Source: an uncultured Pseudomonadales bacterium (GTDB lineage Bacteria; Patescibacteriota; Microgenomatia; UBA1400; PJMF01). From it: 64,000 nucleotides of DNA. The stretch spans positions 702 through 64,701 of the forward strand of contig CAZYBC010000005.1 in the NCBI GenBank assembly GCA_964645645.1, read 5' to 3'. The position numbers and the translations under genes are program-made. This document shows positions 27,768 through 36,180 of this stretch, one piece after another (within the stretch, counting starts at the first letter, position 1; every line of letters starts with the position of its first letter). The notes under the pieces are model-generated. The model saw only the letters and a list, made by a program, of their open reading frames with translations, ran no database searches and was not told the origin of the DNA.

Positions 27768-28173
27768 TTTTAAATTGCTGGGTGATTTTTTTTTGTAATT
27801 TTTTAAAATCTTGATCAAAAGTAAAAATTTGTTTAATTTGATATTGATCAATAATTGCTGCTGAATAGCAATCTATCCAGCTAAGATTTTTATTTTTAAT
27901 TTGTTTAAAAATTTTCCATGTTTGAGTAAGCAATTTAGTTTTTTCAGTTAATATTAAAGTCTGAGGATTATTTTGCAGTTTTTCGACAAATTTAAGAGTA
28001 GTTTGTTTATCAAATCTCATGCTGCCTACAGTAAGAATTTCTCCAATTACCGCCCAGCTAGTGACAAAATGATCAATCTTAAGATTTTGCTTGATAATTT
28101 TTAAAGCTTCAAGATGATTAGTATCGTGTTGATTAAGTAAACTTAGATAAAAACTTGTATCAATAAAAGTCAT
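27760..28173 (-). CDS. vapC: PIN-domain ribonuclease toxin (VapC-like)
   Basis: The PIN acidic quartet context is present: FIDTSF (D5), VIGEIL (E), WIDCYS (D), FTFDQDF (D). About 137 aa. Overlaps the upstream RHH gene by 4 bp. Confidence 0.7.
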   Translation of the reverse strand: MTFIDTSFYLSLLNQHDTNHLEALKIIKQNLKIDHFVTSWAVIGEILTVGSMRFDKQTTLKFVEKLQNNPQTLILTEKTKLLTQTWKIFKQIKNKNLSWIDCYSAAIIDQYQIKQIFTFDQDFKKLQKKITQQFKIN

Positions 28174-28403
28174 TTTTGATAAAGGGTTTTTTTATAAGTA
28201 GTAGATAATTGTGGATCAGCTTTAATTGCTGGATCAGAAATTTTGCTTAATTCTAACAAAATATTGCTATTTTCAGCTTGTTCTTGAAGAAAATCATTAA
28301 TTAAACTTCTAATTAAATTAGAAATATTAAGAGCCTTTTTTTCAGCGATTAATTGTAAAGTTTGCTTATCTTTATCTGGTAAACGAATAATAAGTTGAGC
28401 CAT
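28170..28403 (-). CDS. vapB: Ribbon-helix-helix (CopG/Arc-like) antitoxin, VapB-type
   Basis: MAQLIIRLPDKDKQTLQLIAEKKALNISNLIRSLI is an RHH beta-strand plus two helices. The ORF track extends it to 28439, but the ATG at 28403 is preferred. Confidence 0.6.
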   Translation of the reverse strand: MAQLIIRLPDKDKQTLQLIAEKKALNISNLIRSLINDFLQEQAENSNILLELSKISDPAIKADPQLSTTYKKTLYQK

Positions 28404-28523
28404 ATTAAAATGATTGAGATTTTGTATTACGTATTGCATTATATTAATTAAACCAAAGATAGTAAATATTTAGTTACTGCTATTTATAACAAACAAAAAT
28501 GAAAAAATTATGAAAAAAATAAA

Positions 28524-29411
28524 CTAAATTTTAATCTCTTTAATTGCACTTTTAATGTTCTTTAGTTGAAAATCTAAAATATTTTTTAATTTACTGCAAT
28601 CTAAGGCTGTATTTTTTTGGTAAGGCCGATTTAGAGTTTTTAAATAAGCACTTAAATCACCTTTTTTGACCTCTCCTGGTAAGTTTAAACCTTCTTTAAG
28701 AGCTAGAGCAAAATCATAATCGCTCCATTTTTCACCACTGCTAGCGTGAAATAAACCAGTTTGCTGAGTACGGATAATAAAATCAATAATTTTAGCAAAG
28801 TCATCAACAAAAGTTGGCCCGAAATAATGATTATCAAACATTGGATAAAGTTGATTAGCTTGTAAACCCTGAATAATTTTATGAGCCATATCAGCTCTTT
28901 CAAAACGATCAGAACGGAATGGTTGATCAATACGTAAAATTGTCCAGTTAAGATCACTATTAGTCACGGCTTCTTCTGCCCAAGCTTTGGTTTGACCATA
29001 CCACTCAATTGGTTGCATCACATCATTTTCGCTGTATAAATCTTCTTTTTCGCCATTAAAAACATAAGCCGTAGAAATATGGATTAAATGTTTGCCAGTT
29101 TGTTCGCAAGCTTTAATAATATTTTTAGTGCCATCAACATTAATTTTATAAACTAAACCATTTTTATCACCTTGTTGATTCCAAGCGGCAGTGACATCTG
29201 TAAAAGCAGCTAAATGCAAAACAAATTTAGCTTCAGGAGTTTGTGCAAAAGCCTGTATCACACTTTCATAATTAGTGATATCCACTGGTTGAGTTGGATG
29301 TCTTAAATCTAAACTATGAAATTGATATTCTTGTTTAAAATCATTGGCAAATTTAGAACCAACTAAACCATTTAAACCAGTTGTAATAATTGTTTCTTGC
29401 ATATTAACCAT
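28524..29411 (-). CDS. RmlD-like NAD(P)-dependent sugar-nucleotide reductase (dTDP-4-dehydrorhamnose reductase family)
   Basis: An extended SDR without a long N-terminal Rossmann loop. ISTAYVFNGEKEDLYSENDVMQPIEWYGQTKAWAEEAV resembles RmlD STDYVFxG...YGKTKLAGE. It overlaps rmlB by 8 bp. Confidence 0.55.
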   Translation of the reverse strand: MVNMQETIITTGLNGLVGSKFANDFKQEYQFHSLDLRHPTQPVDITNYESVIQAFAQTPEAKFVLHLAAFTDVTAAWNQQGDKNGLVYKINVDGTKNIIKACEQTGKHLIHISTAYVFNGEKEDLYSENDVMQPIEWYGQTKAWAEEAVTNSDLNWTILRIDQPFRSDRFERADMAHKIIQGLQANQLYPMFDNHYFGPTFVDDFAKIIDFIIRTQQTGLFHASSGEKWSDYDFALALKEGLNLPGEVKKGDLSAYLKTLNRPYQKNTALDCSKLKNILDFQLKNIKSAIKEIKI

Positions 29412-30417
29412 ATTTTTCTTGAAAATATTTTTTGTTTTTTTCTTTTAGTGCTTGCCACCACCATTGATTATCTTGGTACCATTGAATGGTTTTGGTTAAA
29501 CCTTCTTCTAAATTAACGCTGGGCTTCCAGCCTAATTCGCGATTAATTTTAGACCAATCAACACTATAACGGCGATCATGGCCAGGACGATCATTAATAA
29601 ATTCAATTTTATTTTCATCTTCATTCATTAAATTAAGAATCATTTTGCAGATTTCTAAATTAGAGACATCTTTATTTAAGCCACCAATTAAATAAGTTTC
29701 ACCAATTTGACCATTTAATAATACGGCTTCTATAGCACTGCAATGATCTTGAACATATAACCAATCTCGTACATTTAAGCCATCACCATAAACTGGAATT
29801 TTTTTACCTTCGATTAAATTTGTAATGGCTAAAGGAATAAATTTTTCTGGAAAATGATATTCACCATAATTATTAGAACAATTAGTGAGAGTGTAGGGTA
29901 AACCATAAGTTTCTCCATAGGCTCTTACCAAATGATCACTGCTAGCTTTGCTGGCTGAATAAGGACTTCGTGGATCATAGGGAGTTTGTTCATTGAATTT
30001 TTCCTCAGTATCTAAAGCCAATGAACCAAAAACTTCATCAGTAGAGATATGATGAAAACGCTTAATTTTATTTTTTAAAGCGGCATCTAAAAGAGTAAAA
30101 GTCCCGTTAACGTTAGTATCCAAAAAAATTTCTGGATTACTAATAGAACGATCAACGTGAGATTCAGCTGCAAAATGTACTACGGTACTAACATCATCCA
30201 TAATTTTTGCCACTAATTCTTTATCAGTAATATTACCTTCAATAAAAACATAATTAGGATTATTTTCTAAATCTTTTAGGCTATCTTTATTACCGGCATA
30301 GGTTAAAGCATCAAGGTTAATGATTTTATAATCAGGATGATTTTTCATCCAATAATGAATAAAGTTAGACCCAATAAAACCGGCTCCGCCAGTTACTAAT
30401 ATAGTTTTTTCTTTCAT
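29404..30417 (-). CDS. rfbB: dTDP-glucose 4,6-dehydratase
   Basis: ILVTGGAGFIGSNF, HFAAESHVDRS, PYSASKASSDHLVRAY and YTLTNCSNNYGEYHFPEKFIP are classic RmlB motifs. Confidence 0.85.
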   Translation of the reverse strand: MKEKTILVTGGAGFIGSNFIHYWMKNHPDYKIINLDALTYAGNKDSLKDLENNPNYVFIEGNITDKELVAKIMDDVSTVVHFAAESHVDRSISNPEIFLDTNVNGTFTLLDAALKNKIKRFHHISTDEVFGSLALDTEEKFNEQTPYDPRSPYSASKASSDHLVRAYGETYGLPYTLTNCSNNYGEYHFPEKFIPLAITNLIEGKKIPVYGDGLNVRDWLYVQDHCSAIEAVLLNGQIGETYLIGGLNKDVSNLEICKMILNLMNEDENKIEFINDRPGHDRRYSVDWSKINRELGWKPSVNLEEGLTKTIQWYQDNQWWWQALKEKNKKYFQEKYG

Positions 30418-30441
30418 AAAATGATCCTATTTTTTTTAGAA

Positions 30442-30672
30442 TTAAAAATCATAATCTAAATCTTGTTCATGTGATAAATCAATTAAACGTTGAGTTTCTT
30501 CTCTGCCTAAAATATCTCTCACTCTAACATACATATCCTCTAGCTTATTATATTTTTTTTGTTCTAATTTATAAGCAGATTGATAAAATCCAGCCATTAG
30601 AGCTAAGACTAAAATTATTATTAATAATATATAAGTGAGAGTTCTATAACTAATTGGTTGCTTTAATTGCAT
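30442..30672 (-). CDS. Hypothetical small bitopic membrane protein (FtsB/DivIC-like topology?)
   Basis: A 76-aa protein with one TM (LTYILLIIILVLALMAGF) followed by a short charged helical segment. No family assigned. Confidence 0.3.
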   Translation of the reverse strand: MQLKQPISYRTLTYILLIIILVLALMAGFYQSAYKLEQKKYNKLEDMYVRVRDILGREETQRLIDLSHEQDLDYDF

Positions 30673-30690
30673 TGGACTTAGTATATCAGT

Positions 30691-30921
30691 TTAATAAATT
30701 TCTACCAACTTTTTTTTTGTTGTTAATCCTTGTTTAATAAAAATTTGTGAAGTTTTACAGTGAAAATGATCAGATAAAATTTTAATTAAAACTTGATTAG
30801 CTTTTCCTTTTACTGGTGTAGTAGTTAAATAAACCTGCCAAATTTCTTGCTTATCAACGAGAATTTTTTCCACTAAATTTTTTTTAGCTTGAGGATGCAC
30901 TAGCACTGTAATTATTTTCAT
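30691..30921 (-). CDS. DUF167 / UPF0235 (YggU-like) protein
   Basis: VLVHPQAKKNLVEKI...TTPVKGKANQVLIKILSDHFHCKTSQIFIKQGLTTKKKLVEI matches the YggU pattern (V.P.A..N.V...APP.DGKAN.AL...L....S.V.I..G..SR.K.V.I). Confidence 0.5.
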   Translation of the reverse strand: MKIITVLVHPQAKKNLVEKILVDKQEIWQVYLTTTPVKGKANQVLIKILSDHFHCKTSQIFIKQGLTTKKKLVEIY

Positions 30922-30923
30922 TA

Positions 30924-32069
30924 TTATTGATTAGCATTAAGTTTTAACAAAATTTCGTTACGAAAATCATCAATATTTTTAATTGTATAAACCCATAAAT
31001 TTTCATAATAGAAATCTGGAGGATTATAAAGTACCCCAGAAGGATCTGATGGATCAGTGCTTAAAGTTTGACCGACAATTTTGAGTTGATTAATAGTCGG
31101 TAAAAGAGCGCTCACTGTAGCAAATAAATCAACCAGACTTAAGGCTTGAGAATAATTTTGGTTATAAAAATTAATAATTTTTCCACCTATCTCAGGATGA
31201 TCATAAAAATATTGAGGATCTCCAACTTTATTGAAAAAAGCCTTGAATACTTCCTGTTGACGTTCACCTCTGGCGATATCATTACCTTCGTCATCAGCGC
31301 TTTTTCTTGATCTGATATATTGTAAAGCTCTTTTTCCAGACATTAATTGTTTGCCAGATTCAAAAGTAACGGTTTCATAAAGTAAATTCGGATCAGTTAC
31401 AGTGCTGATATCAACATCACTTTTAGGAAATTCTGTATCAGTAAAACCTTCAGCCACCTCAACTTCAATCCCACCAACAACATCAATTAATTGTTCTAAT
31501 TGTTCTAAAGATAAAACTAAAGTGTGATCAATATGAATATTAGTTAATTCACTAATTACTTGAGCTGGAAATTGAGTTGGATTAGTTTGATTACGCTCAT
31601 AACCATAAGCGAGTAAAGCATTAATTTTAGTTTGATAAGATTCGCTCCAAATATCTCTAGGTAAAGAAAGAATATTGATAGTGCCAGTATCAAAATGAAT
31701 TCTAACAATCATCATCGTATCAGTAAGAGGCGGAATATCACCTCGACTCTCTAAAGTATCTACTCCAAGCAAAAGAATAGTGGTTTCGGTTCTATTGGCT
31801 TCTTGATAAAGCTGGCTTTTATCATATCCAGTTTGAACCATAGAAAGCAAATTTCTAACTGGAATTTGAGCAGTAGATTCAAAAGCTTGGTATTTTTTAC
31901 TAAAAATAATAAATAAAATAGCTGAAGATAACCAAATTAAAAAAATACAAGTAAAAATAAAATAAGCAAACCAAGATAATTTTCTTTTCTTTTTTAAAGG
32001 TTGATTTTGATCATTGCTAGTATTAATTTGATCTTCCATAATGGGAAAATTCTGATTATTTTGATCCAT
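30924..32069 (-). CDS. LytR-CpsA-Psr (LCP) family glycopolymer phosphotransferase/ligase
   Basis: An N-terminal TM is followed by the LCP core TTILLLGVDTLESRGD...TDTMMIVRIHFDTGTINILSLPRDIW...INALLAYG. Confidence 0.8.
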   Translation of the reverse strand: MDQNNQNFPIMEDQINTSNDQNQPLKKKRKLSWFAYFIFTCIFLIWLSSAILFIIFSKKYQAFESTAQIPVRNLLSMVQTGYDKSQLYQEANRTETTILLLGVDTLESRGDIPPLTDTMMIVRIHFDTGTINILSLPRDIWSESYQTKINALLAYGYERNQTNPTQFPAQVISELTNIHIDHTLVLSLEQLEQLIDVVGGIEVEVAEGFTDTEFPKSDVDISTVTDPNLLYETVTFESGKQLMSGKRALQYIRSRKSADDEGNDIARGERQQEVFKAFFNKVGDPQYFYDHPEIGGKIINFYNQNYSQALSLVDLFATVSALLPTINQLKIVGQTLSTDPSDPSGVLYNPPDFYYENLWVYTIKNIDDFRNEILLKLNANQ

Positions 32070-32210
32070 AATTTTAATATTGTATCAATTTTAATATTTA
32101 ATTTGCACTTGTATTACTCATTTTAGGCATAAAGCTTAAAAAAAGATACTCTTATTTTAAATTAGAAAGTTAATATTATTAATCTTAGTTAATTTGCTAC
32201 AATAAAAATA

Positions 32211-33962
32211 ATGAATAGAATTTTACGTAATATTATTTTATTTTTAATTTTTCTAGCTAGCTCTTGGTCATTATTAAAACCAGGATTTTTTTCTTTTCAT
32301 GATTTTACTCATGGAGCTAGAATTGCGGAAATGACAAGAGCTTTAGAAGATGGTCATTTTCCTGTTCGTTGGTCAAAAAATTTTGGTTTTGGTTATGGGA
32401 TGCCCTTATTTGAATTTTATGCTCCTTTACCATTTTATGTAGGGAGTTTCTTTTATTGGTTAGGTTTAGACTTAGTTACCTCTATTAAAATTTTATTTTT
32501 AATTTGTAATGTTGGTACTTTATTAGGAGGTTTTTATTTAGGTCAAGCTTTAACTCATCATAAAAATGATCCTAAAATTAAAGATCTGAATGGTTTAATT
32601 TTTGCTACCTTATTAACTTTGGCTCCTTACAGAGCAGTTAATCTTTTTGTACGTGGTGCTTTAAGTGAAGCCTGGGGGATTATGGCTTTTCCATGGATTC
32701 TATTAGGTATAGTTCAAATTATTCAACAAAAAAAACAAGCTTGGAAAACTTTATTATTAGGTCTAATTATTTTATTTTTAAGTCATAATTTGATGACCAT
32801 GATTTTTGTTCCTTTTAGTTTGGTTTTTGGATTAGCTTATTTTTATTACGAAATTAATAAAAAGGAGAGTCTGTATCAATTAAAGGGAAAATTAGTTTGG
32901 CTTGAAATTAAAAAAACTGTTTTTAAAACAGCTGGAGTTTATCTATTAGCCATTGCGGCTTGTACTTTCTATTTATTTCCAGCTTTCTTAGAAAAAAATT
33001 TAACACAAGTTGATAAACTTATCCTAGAATCAAGTGGGTATTGGAATTTTCAGCTCCATTTTCTTTATTTAAGACAACTTTTTAAAGTTAATTGGGGCTA
33101 TGGCGGAAGTTTTTGGGGTCCTAATGATGACATGTCATTTTTCCTTGGCTATCCACAAATAATCTCTCTTTTAATTTCTGGATTTTTTATTATCACTGAA
33201 TTTATCACTAGATTTAAAAACAAAAAAAAGTTTAATAAAATAAATTTTTTATTTAATATTTTTTTATTCTTGCTTTTGTTAAGTTCAGTTTTATTAACTA
33301 CATCTAAAACTAGTTTTTTATGGGAAAAAATTGAACTTTTAAGTTATATTCAATTTCCCTGGAGATTTTTAAGCTTAATTATTCTTGTAATTGCTTTAAT
33401 TAGTGTTTTTGTTATTAATCAAATTCAACACAAAATTTTATTAAAAATAATTTATTTTCTTCTTTTATTTAGCACTTTAATTCTTAATTATCATTTTTTT
33501 AAACCTGATTTTTATTTAGATAACCCTAAGGGTGTATTTTATGAAGATGAACAAAAAATTAGAAAAGAAATGAGTGGAATTTTACCTGATTATCTTCCTA
33601 CAGATATGAAATGGGAAATTGTGCCAGTTGATCATTTAGTTTTAAATGATCAGTTATCAAAAAATGACTATAAAATTTTAATCGATAAAACTCAAGAAAA
33701 ATTAATTGATTTTAACTTAACTCAAGAAACAAAAATCGATTTGGCCATTGCTTATTATCCAGGTTGGCAAGCTGAAATTGATGGTCTTAAAACAATAGTA
33801 GGAAAAAGTAACACTGGTGGTATCCAAATTAGTTTACCAGCAGGCAATCATAAATTAGGTATTTATTTCGGCTATACTACAATTCGTCTAGTTAGTGATT
33901 TGGTGAGTTTAGGAGCTTTTTTCTTAATTATTTATTTATTATTTATTAGAAAAGAAGACTAA
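32211..33962 (+). CDS. Polytopic membrane protein, family B ('THx...GxFPxRW...IQFPWR'), putative GT-C; paralog of 58990
   Basis: LKPGFFSFHDFTHGARIAEMTRALEDGHFPVRW and IQFPWRFLSLIILVIA align with LKPYLSTTFPYTHDGMNHLARF...GQFPPRL and IQFPWRLTLFISILIL of ORF 58990. More than 12 TM segments. Confidence 0.4.
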   Translation: MNRILRNIILFLIFLASSWSLLKPGFFSFHDFTHGARIAEMTRALEDGHFPVRWSKNFGFGYGMPLFEFYAPLPFYVGSFFYWLGLDLVTSIKILFLICNVGTLLGGFYLGQALTHHKNDPKIKDLNGLIFATLLTLAPYRAVNLFVRGALSEAWGIMAFPWILLGIVQIIQQKKQAWKTLLLGLIILFLSHNLMTMIFVPFSLVFGLAYFYYEINKKESLYQLKGKLVWLEIKKTVFKTAGVYLLAIAACTFYLFPAFLEKNLTQVDKLILESSGYWNFQLHFLYLRQLFKVNWGYGGSFWGPNDDMSFFLGYPQIISLLISGFFIITEFITRFKNKKKFNKINFLFNIFLFLLLLSSVLLTTSKTSFLWEKIELLSYIQFPWRFLSLIILVIALISVFVINQIQHKILLKIIYFLLLFSTLILNYHFFKPDFYLDNPKGVFYEDEQKIRKEMSGILPDYLPTDMKWEIVPVDHLVLNDQLSKNDYKILIDKTQEKLIDFNLTQETKIDLAIAYYPGWQAEIDGLKTIVGKSNTGGIQISLPAGNHKLGIYFGYTTIRLVSDLVSLGAFFLIIYLLFIRKED

Positions 33963-33963
33963 A

Positions 33964-35457
33964 ATGATTGAACAAACAGCTGTAGATACTACTGATGAAT
34001 TAGAAGAAGCACTGTCAGAAGAGCAAATTACACAGATTAAAAATAAATCAGTTTCTGGAGCAATTGCTTATTTTATAAGAACTTTATTTTTACAAGGAAT
34101 TGGTTTGGCAAGTGCCTTTGTGTTAAGCTGGTTTTTTGAGCCAGAAGATTTTGCAGTTTATGGTTTTGTCACTCAAATTATTGGATTATTAATCTTTTTT
34201 TCTGATGTCGGTTTGGCTGCAACTTTAGTAAAAAAAGAAACTGAACCTTCTGAAAATGATTACAAAACGACTTTTACAATTCAACAAATTTTATCTTGGT
34301 TTATCTTTTTAATAACTTGTTTAATTTTTGTTTTGGGATTTGTGCAAAAACGTTTTGGTATAGCCGGAGGATGGATTTTATTAAGTTTAGGTTTTTCTTT
34401 TCCTTTAGCTTCTCTAAAAACTATCTCTTCAATTAAATTAGAAAGAAAGCTGGATTTTTCTAAATTAGTAATTCCTCAAATTTTTGAACAAATTGTTTTT
34501 CACGGTTTATTAATCTTTTTAGCTTGGAGAAGCTATGGACCCATCGCTTATGCATGGGCGATTACTGCTCGGTCAATCATTGGCGTGATAGTGATGTTTA
34601 TTATTTATCCATGGAAAATCGGCTTTAAATTAGAAAATAGTAGTATTAAGCAATTATTGGGTTATGGTTTAAAATTTCAAATTAACGATTTATTAGCCCG
34701 TATTAAAGATCAATTGTTTTTCTTGGCGATTGGTTATTATTTGCCAATTAAAAGTTTTGGCTTAATTAATTGGGCTAAAAATTGGTCTTTGTATCCATAT
34801 AATCTCACAGTTCAAAATGTAATGGCTGTAACTTTTCCTACTTTTTCTCGTTTGCAGAAACACAAAGATTTATTGAAAAAAGCTTTAGAAAAATCAATCT
34901 TTTTTATTAGCCTTTTTATTTTTCCTCTTTTAACTGGCATGTGTTTAATGATTACTCCTTTTGTTACAGTAATTGAAAAATATCAAAAATGGCAGCCAGC
35001 TGTGCCAAGTTTTATTTTCTTTGCTTTAAGTATTGCTTGGGCTGCTTTGTCTACGCCTTTAATTAATACTTTAAATGCTATTGGAAAAATTAATCAAAGT
35101 TTAAAATTAATGATTATGTGGACAATTTTAACTTGGATTTTAACGCCAATTATGATGTTCTTTTTTGACTTCAATGGCGTAGCTATCGCTGCTTTCCTAA
35201 TTTCCTTTACTTCTGTTTTATCTATTAAATTTGTTAAAAAAGAAGTTGATATTCAAGTTTGGCCTAATATTTGGCGACAATTATTAGCTAGTTTAAGTAT
35301 GGTTTTAATAGCTTATTTAATTAGAGATTTTATGGCAAAAGATATACAAAGCTTTTTATTAAGTGGTGTAGCTATCAGCTTTACTTATTTGATAGCTTTA
35401 TTACTGATTGATAAAAATATGATTTTACAACAATTACATAGTTTAAAAGCTAAATAA
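33964..35457 (+). CDS. Wzx-like oligosaccharide/polysaccharide flippase (MOP superfamily)
   Basis: A 497-aa protein with about 12-14 TM segments. The N-terminal stretch (KNKSVSGAIAYFIRTLFLQGIGLASAFVLSWFFEPEDFAVYG) follows the typical polysaccharide-biosynthesis-protein pattern. Confidence 0.6.
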   Translation: MIEQTAVDTTDELEEALSEEQITQIKNKSVSGAIAYFIRTLFLQGIGLASAFVLSWFFEPEDFAVYGFVTQIIGLLIFFSDVGLAATLVKKETEPSENDYKTTFTIQQILSWFIFLITCLIFVLGFVQKRFGIAGGWILLSLGFSFPLASLKTISSIKLERKLDFSKLVIPQIFEQIVFHGLLIFLAWRSYGPIAYAWAITARSIIGVIVMFIIYPWKIGFKLENSSIKQLLGYGLKFQINDLLARIKDQLFFLAIGYYLPIKSFGLINWAKNWSLYPYNLTVQNVMAVTFPTFSRLQKHKDLLKKALEKSIFFISLFIFPLLTGMCLMITPFVTVIEKYQKWQPAVPSFIFFALSIAWAALSTPLINTLNAIGKINQSLKLMIMWTILTWILTPIMMFFFDFNGVAIAAFLISFTSVLSIKFVKKEVDIQVWPNIWRQLLASLSMVLIAYLIRDFMAKDIQSFLLSGVAISFTYLIALLLIDKNMILQQLHSLKAK

Positions 35458-35469
35458 TCAATTCTATAT

Positions 35470-36180
35470 ATGGATAAATTGAAACTTAATTCTTTATCAG
35501 TTTTTTTTCCTTGCTTTAATGAAAGTAGTAATATTCCTATTTTTGTACAAAAAACAGCTGATTTTTTACCTAAAATTTGTAAAAAATATGAAATTATTAT
35601 TGTTAATGATGGCAGTAGTGATGACACCATAGATGTTGTTAAAAATTTGCAAAAAAATTATCCTTATCTAAAATTAGTTAACCATAAAAAAAACTTAGGA
35701 TATGGAGAAGCTTTAAAAACAGGTTTTAAACATAGTCTTTATGATTGGATTTTTTTTACTGATGGTGACTTACAGTTTGATATTACTCAGCTAGAAAATT
35801 TTATACAGCATACTGATGAATATAGTGTCATCATTGGCTATCGTACTAATCGTGCCGATGGGGCTTTAAGATCTTTGAATGCCAAGCTTTTTAAAATTTA
35901 TATAGATTTATTATTTAGAGTTCATGTCAAAGATATTGATTGCGCTTTTAAATTATTAAAAGCTGAAACAATTAAATCTATTAATTTAGTTTCTAGTGGT
36001 GCTTTTACTACTTCAGAATTTTTATACAAATTAAAGAAAAAAGGCCAAAAATTTAAGCAATTACCAGTTAAACATCAACAAAGATTATATGGTAATCCAA
36101 CTGGAGCCAAATTAAAGGTCATCATTAAAGGTGTCTGGGAAGCCTTTAGACTTTATTTACAGATTAAATTCAAAAGTTAA
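35470..36180 (+). CDS. GT2 polyprenyl-phosphate sugar synthase (DPM1/GtrB-like)
   Basis: LSVFFPCFNESSNI...EIIIVNDGSSDDT...KNLGYGEALKTG...FFTDGDLQFD at the 236-aa DPM1-like size. Confidence 0.75.
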   Translation: MDKLKLNSLSVFFPCFNESSNIPIFVQKTADFLPKICKKYEIIIVNDGSSDDTIDVVKNLQKNYPYLKLVNHKKNLGYGEALKTGFKHSLYDWIFFTDGDLQFDITQLENFIQHTDEYSVIIGYRTNRADGALRSLNAKLFKIYIDLLFRVHVKDIDCAFKLLKAETIKSINLVSSGAFTTSEFLYKLKKKGQKFKQLPVKHQQRLYGNPTGAKLKVIIKGVWEAFRLYLQIKFKS

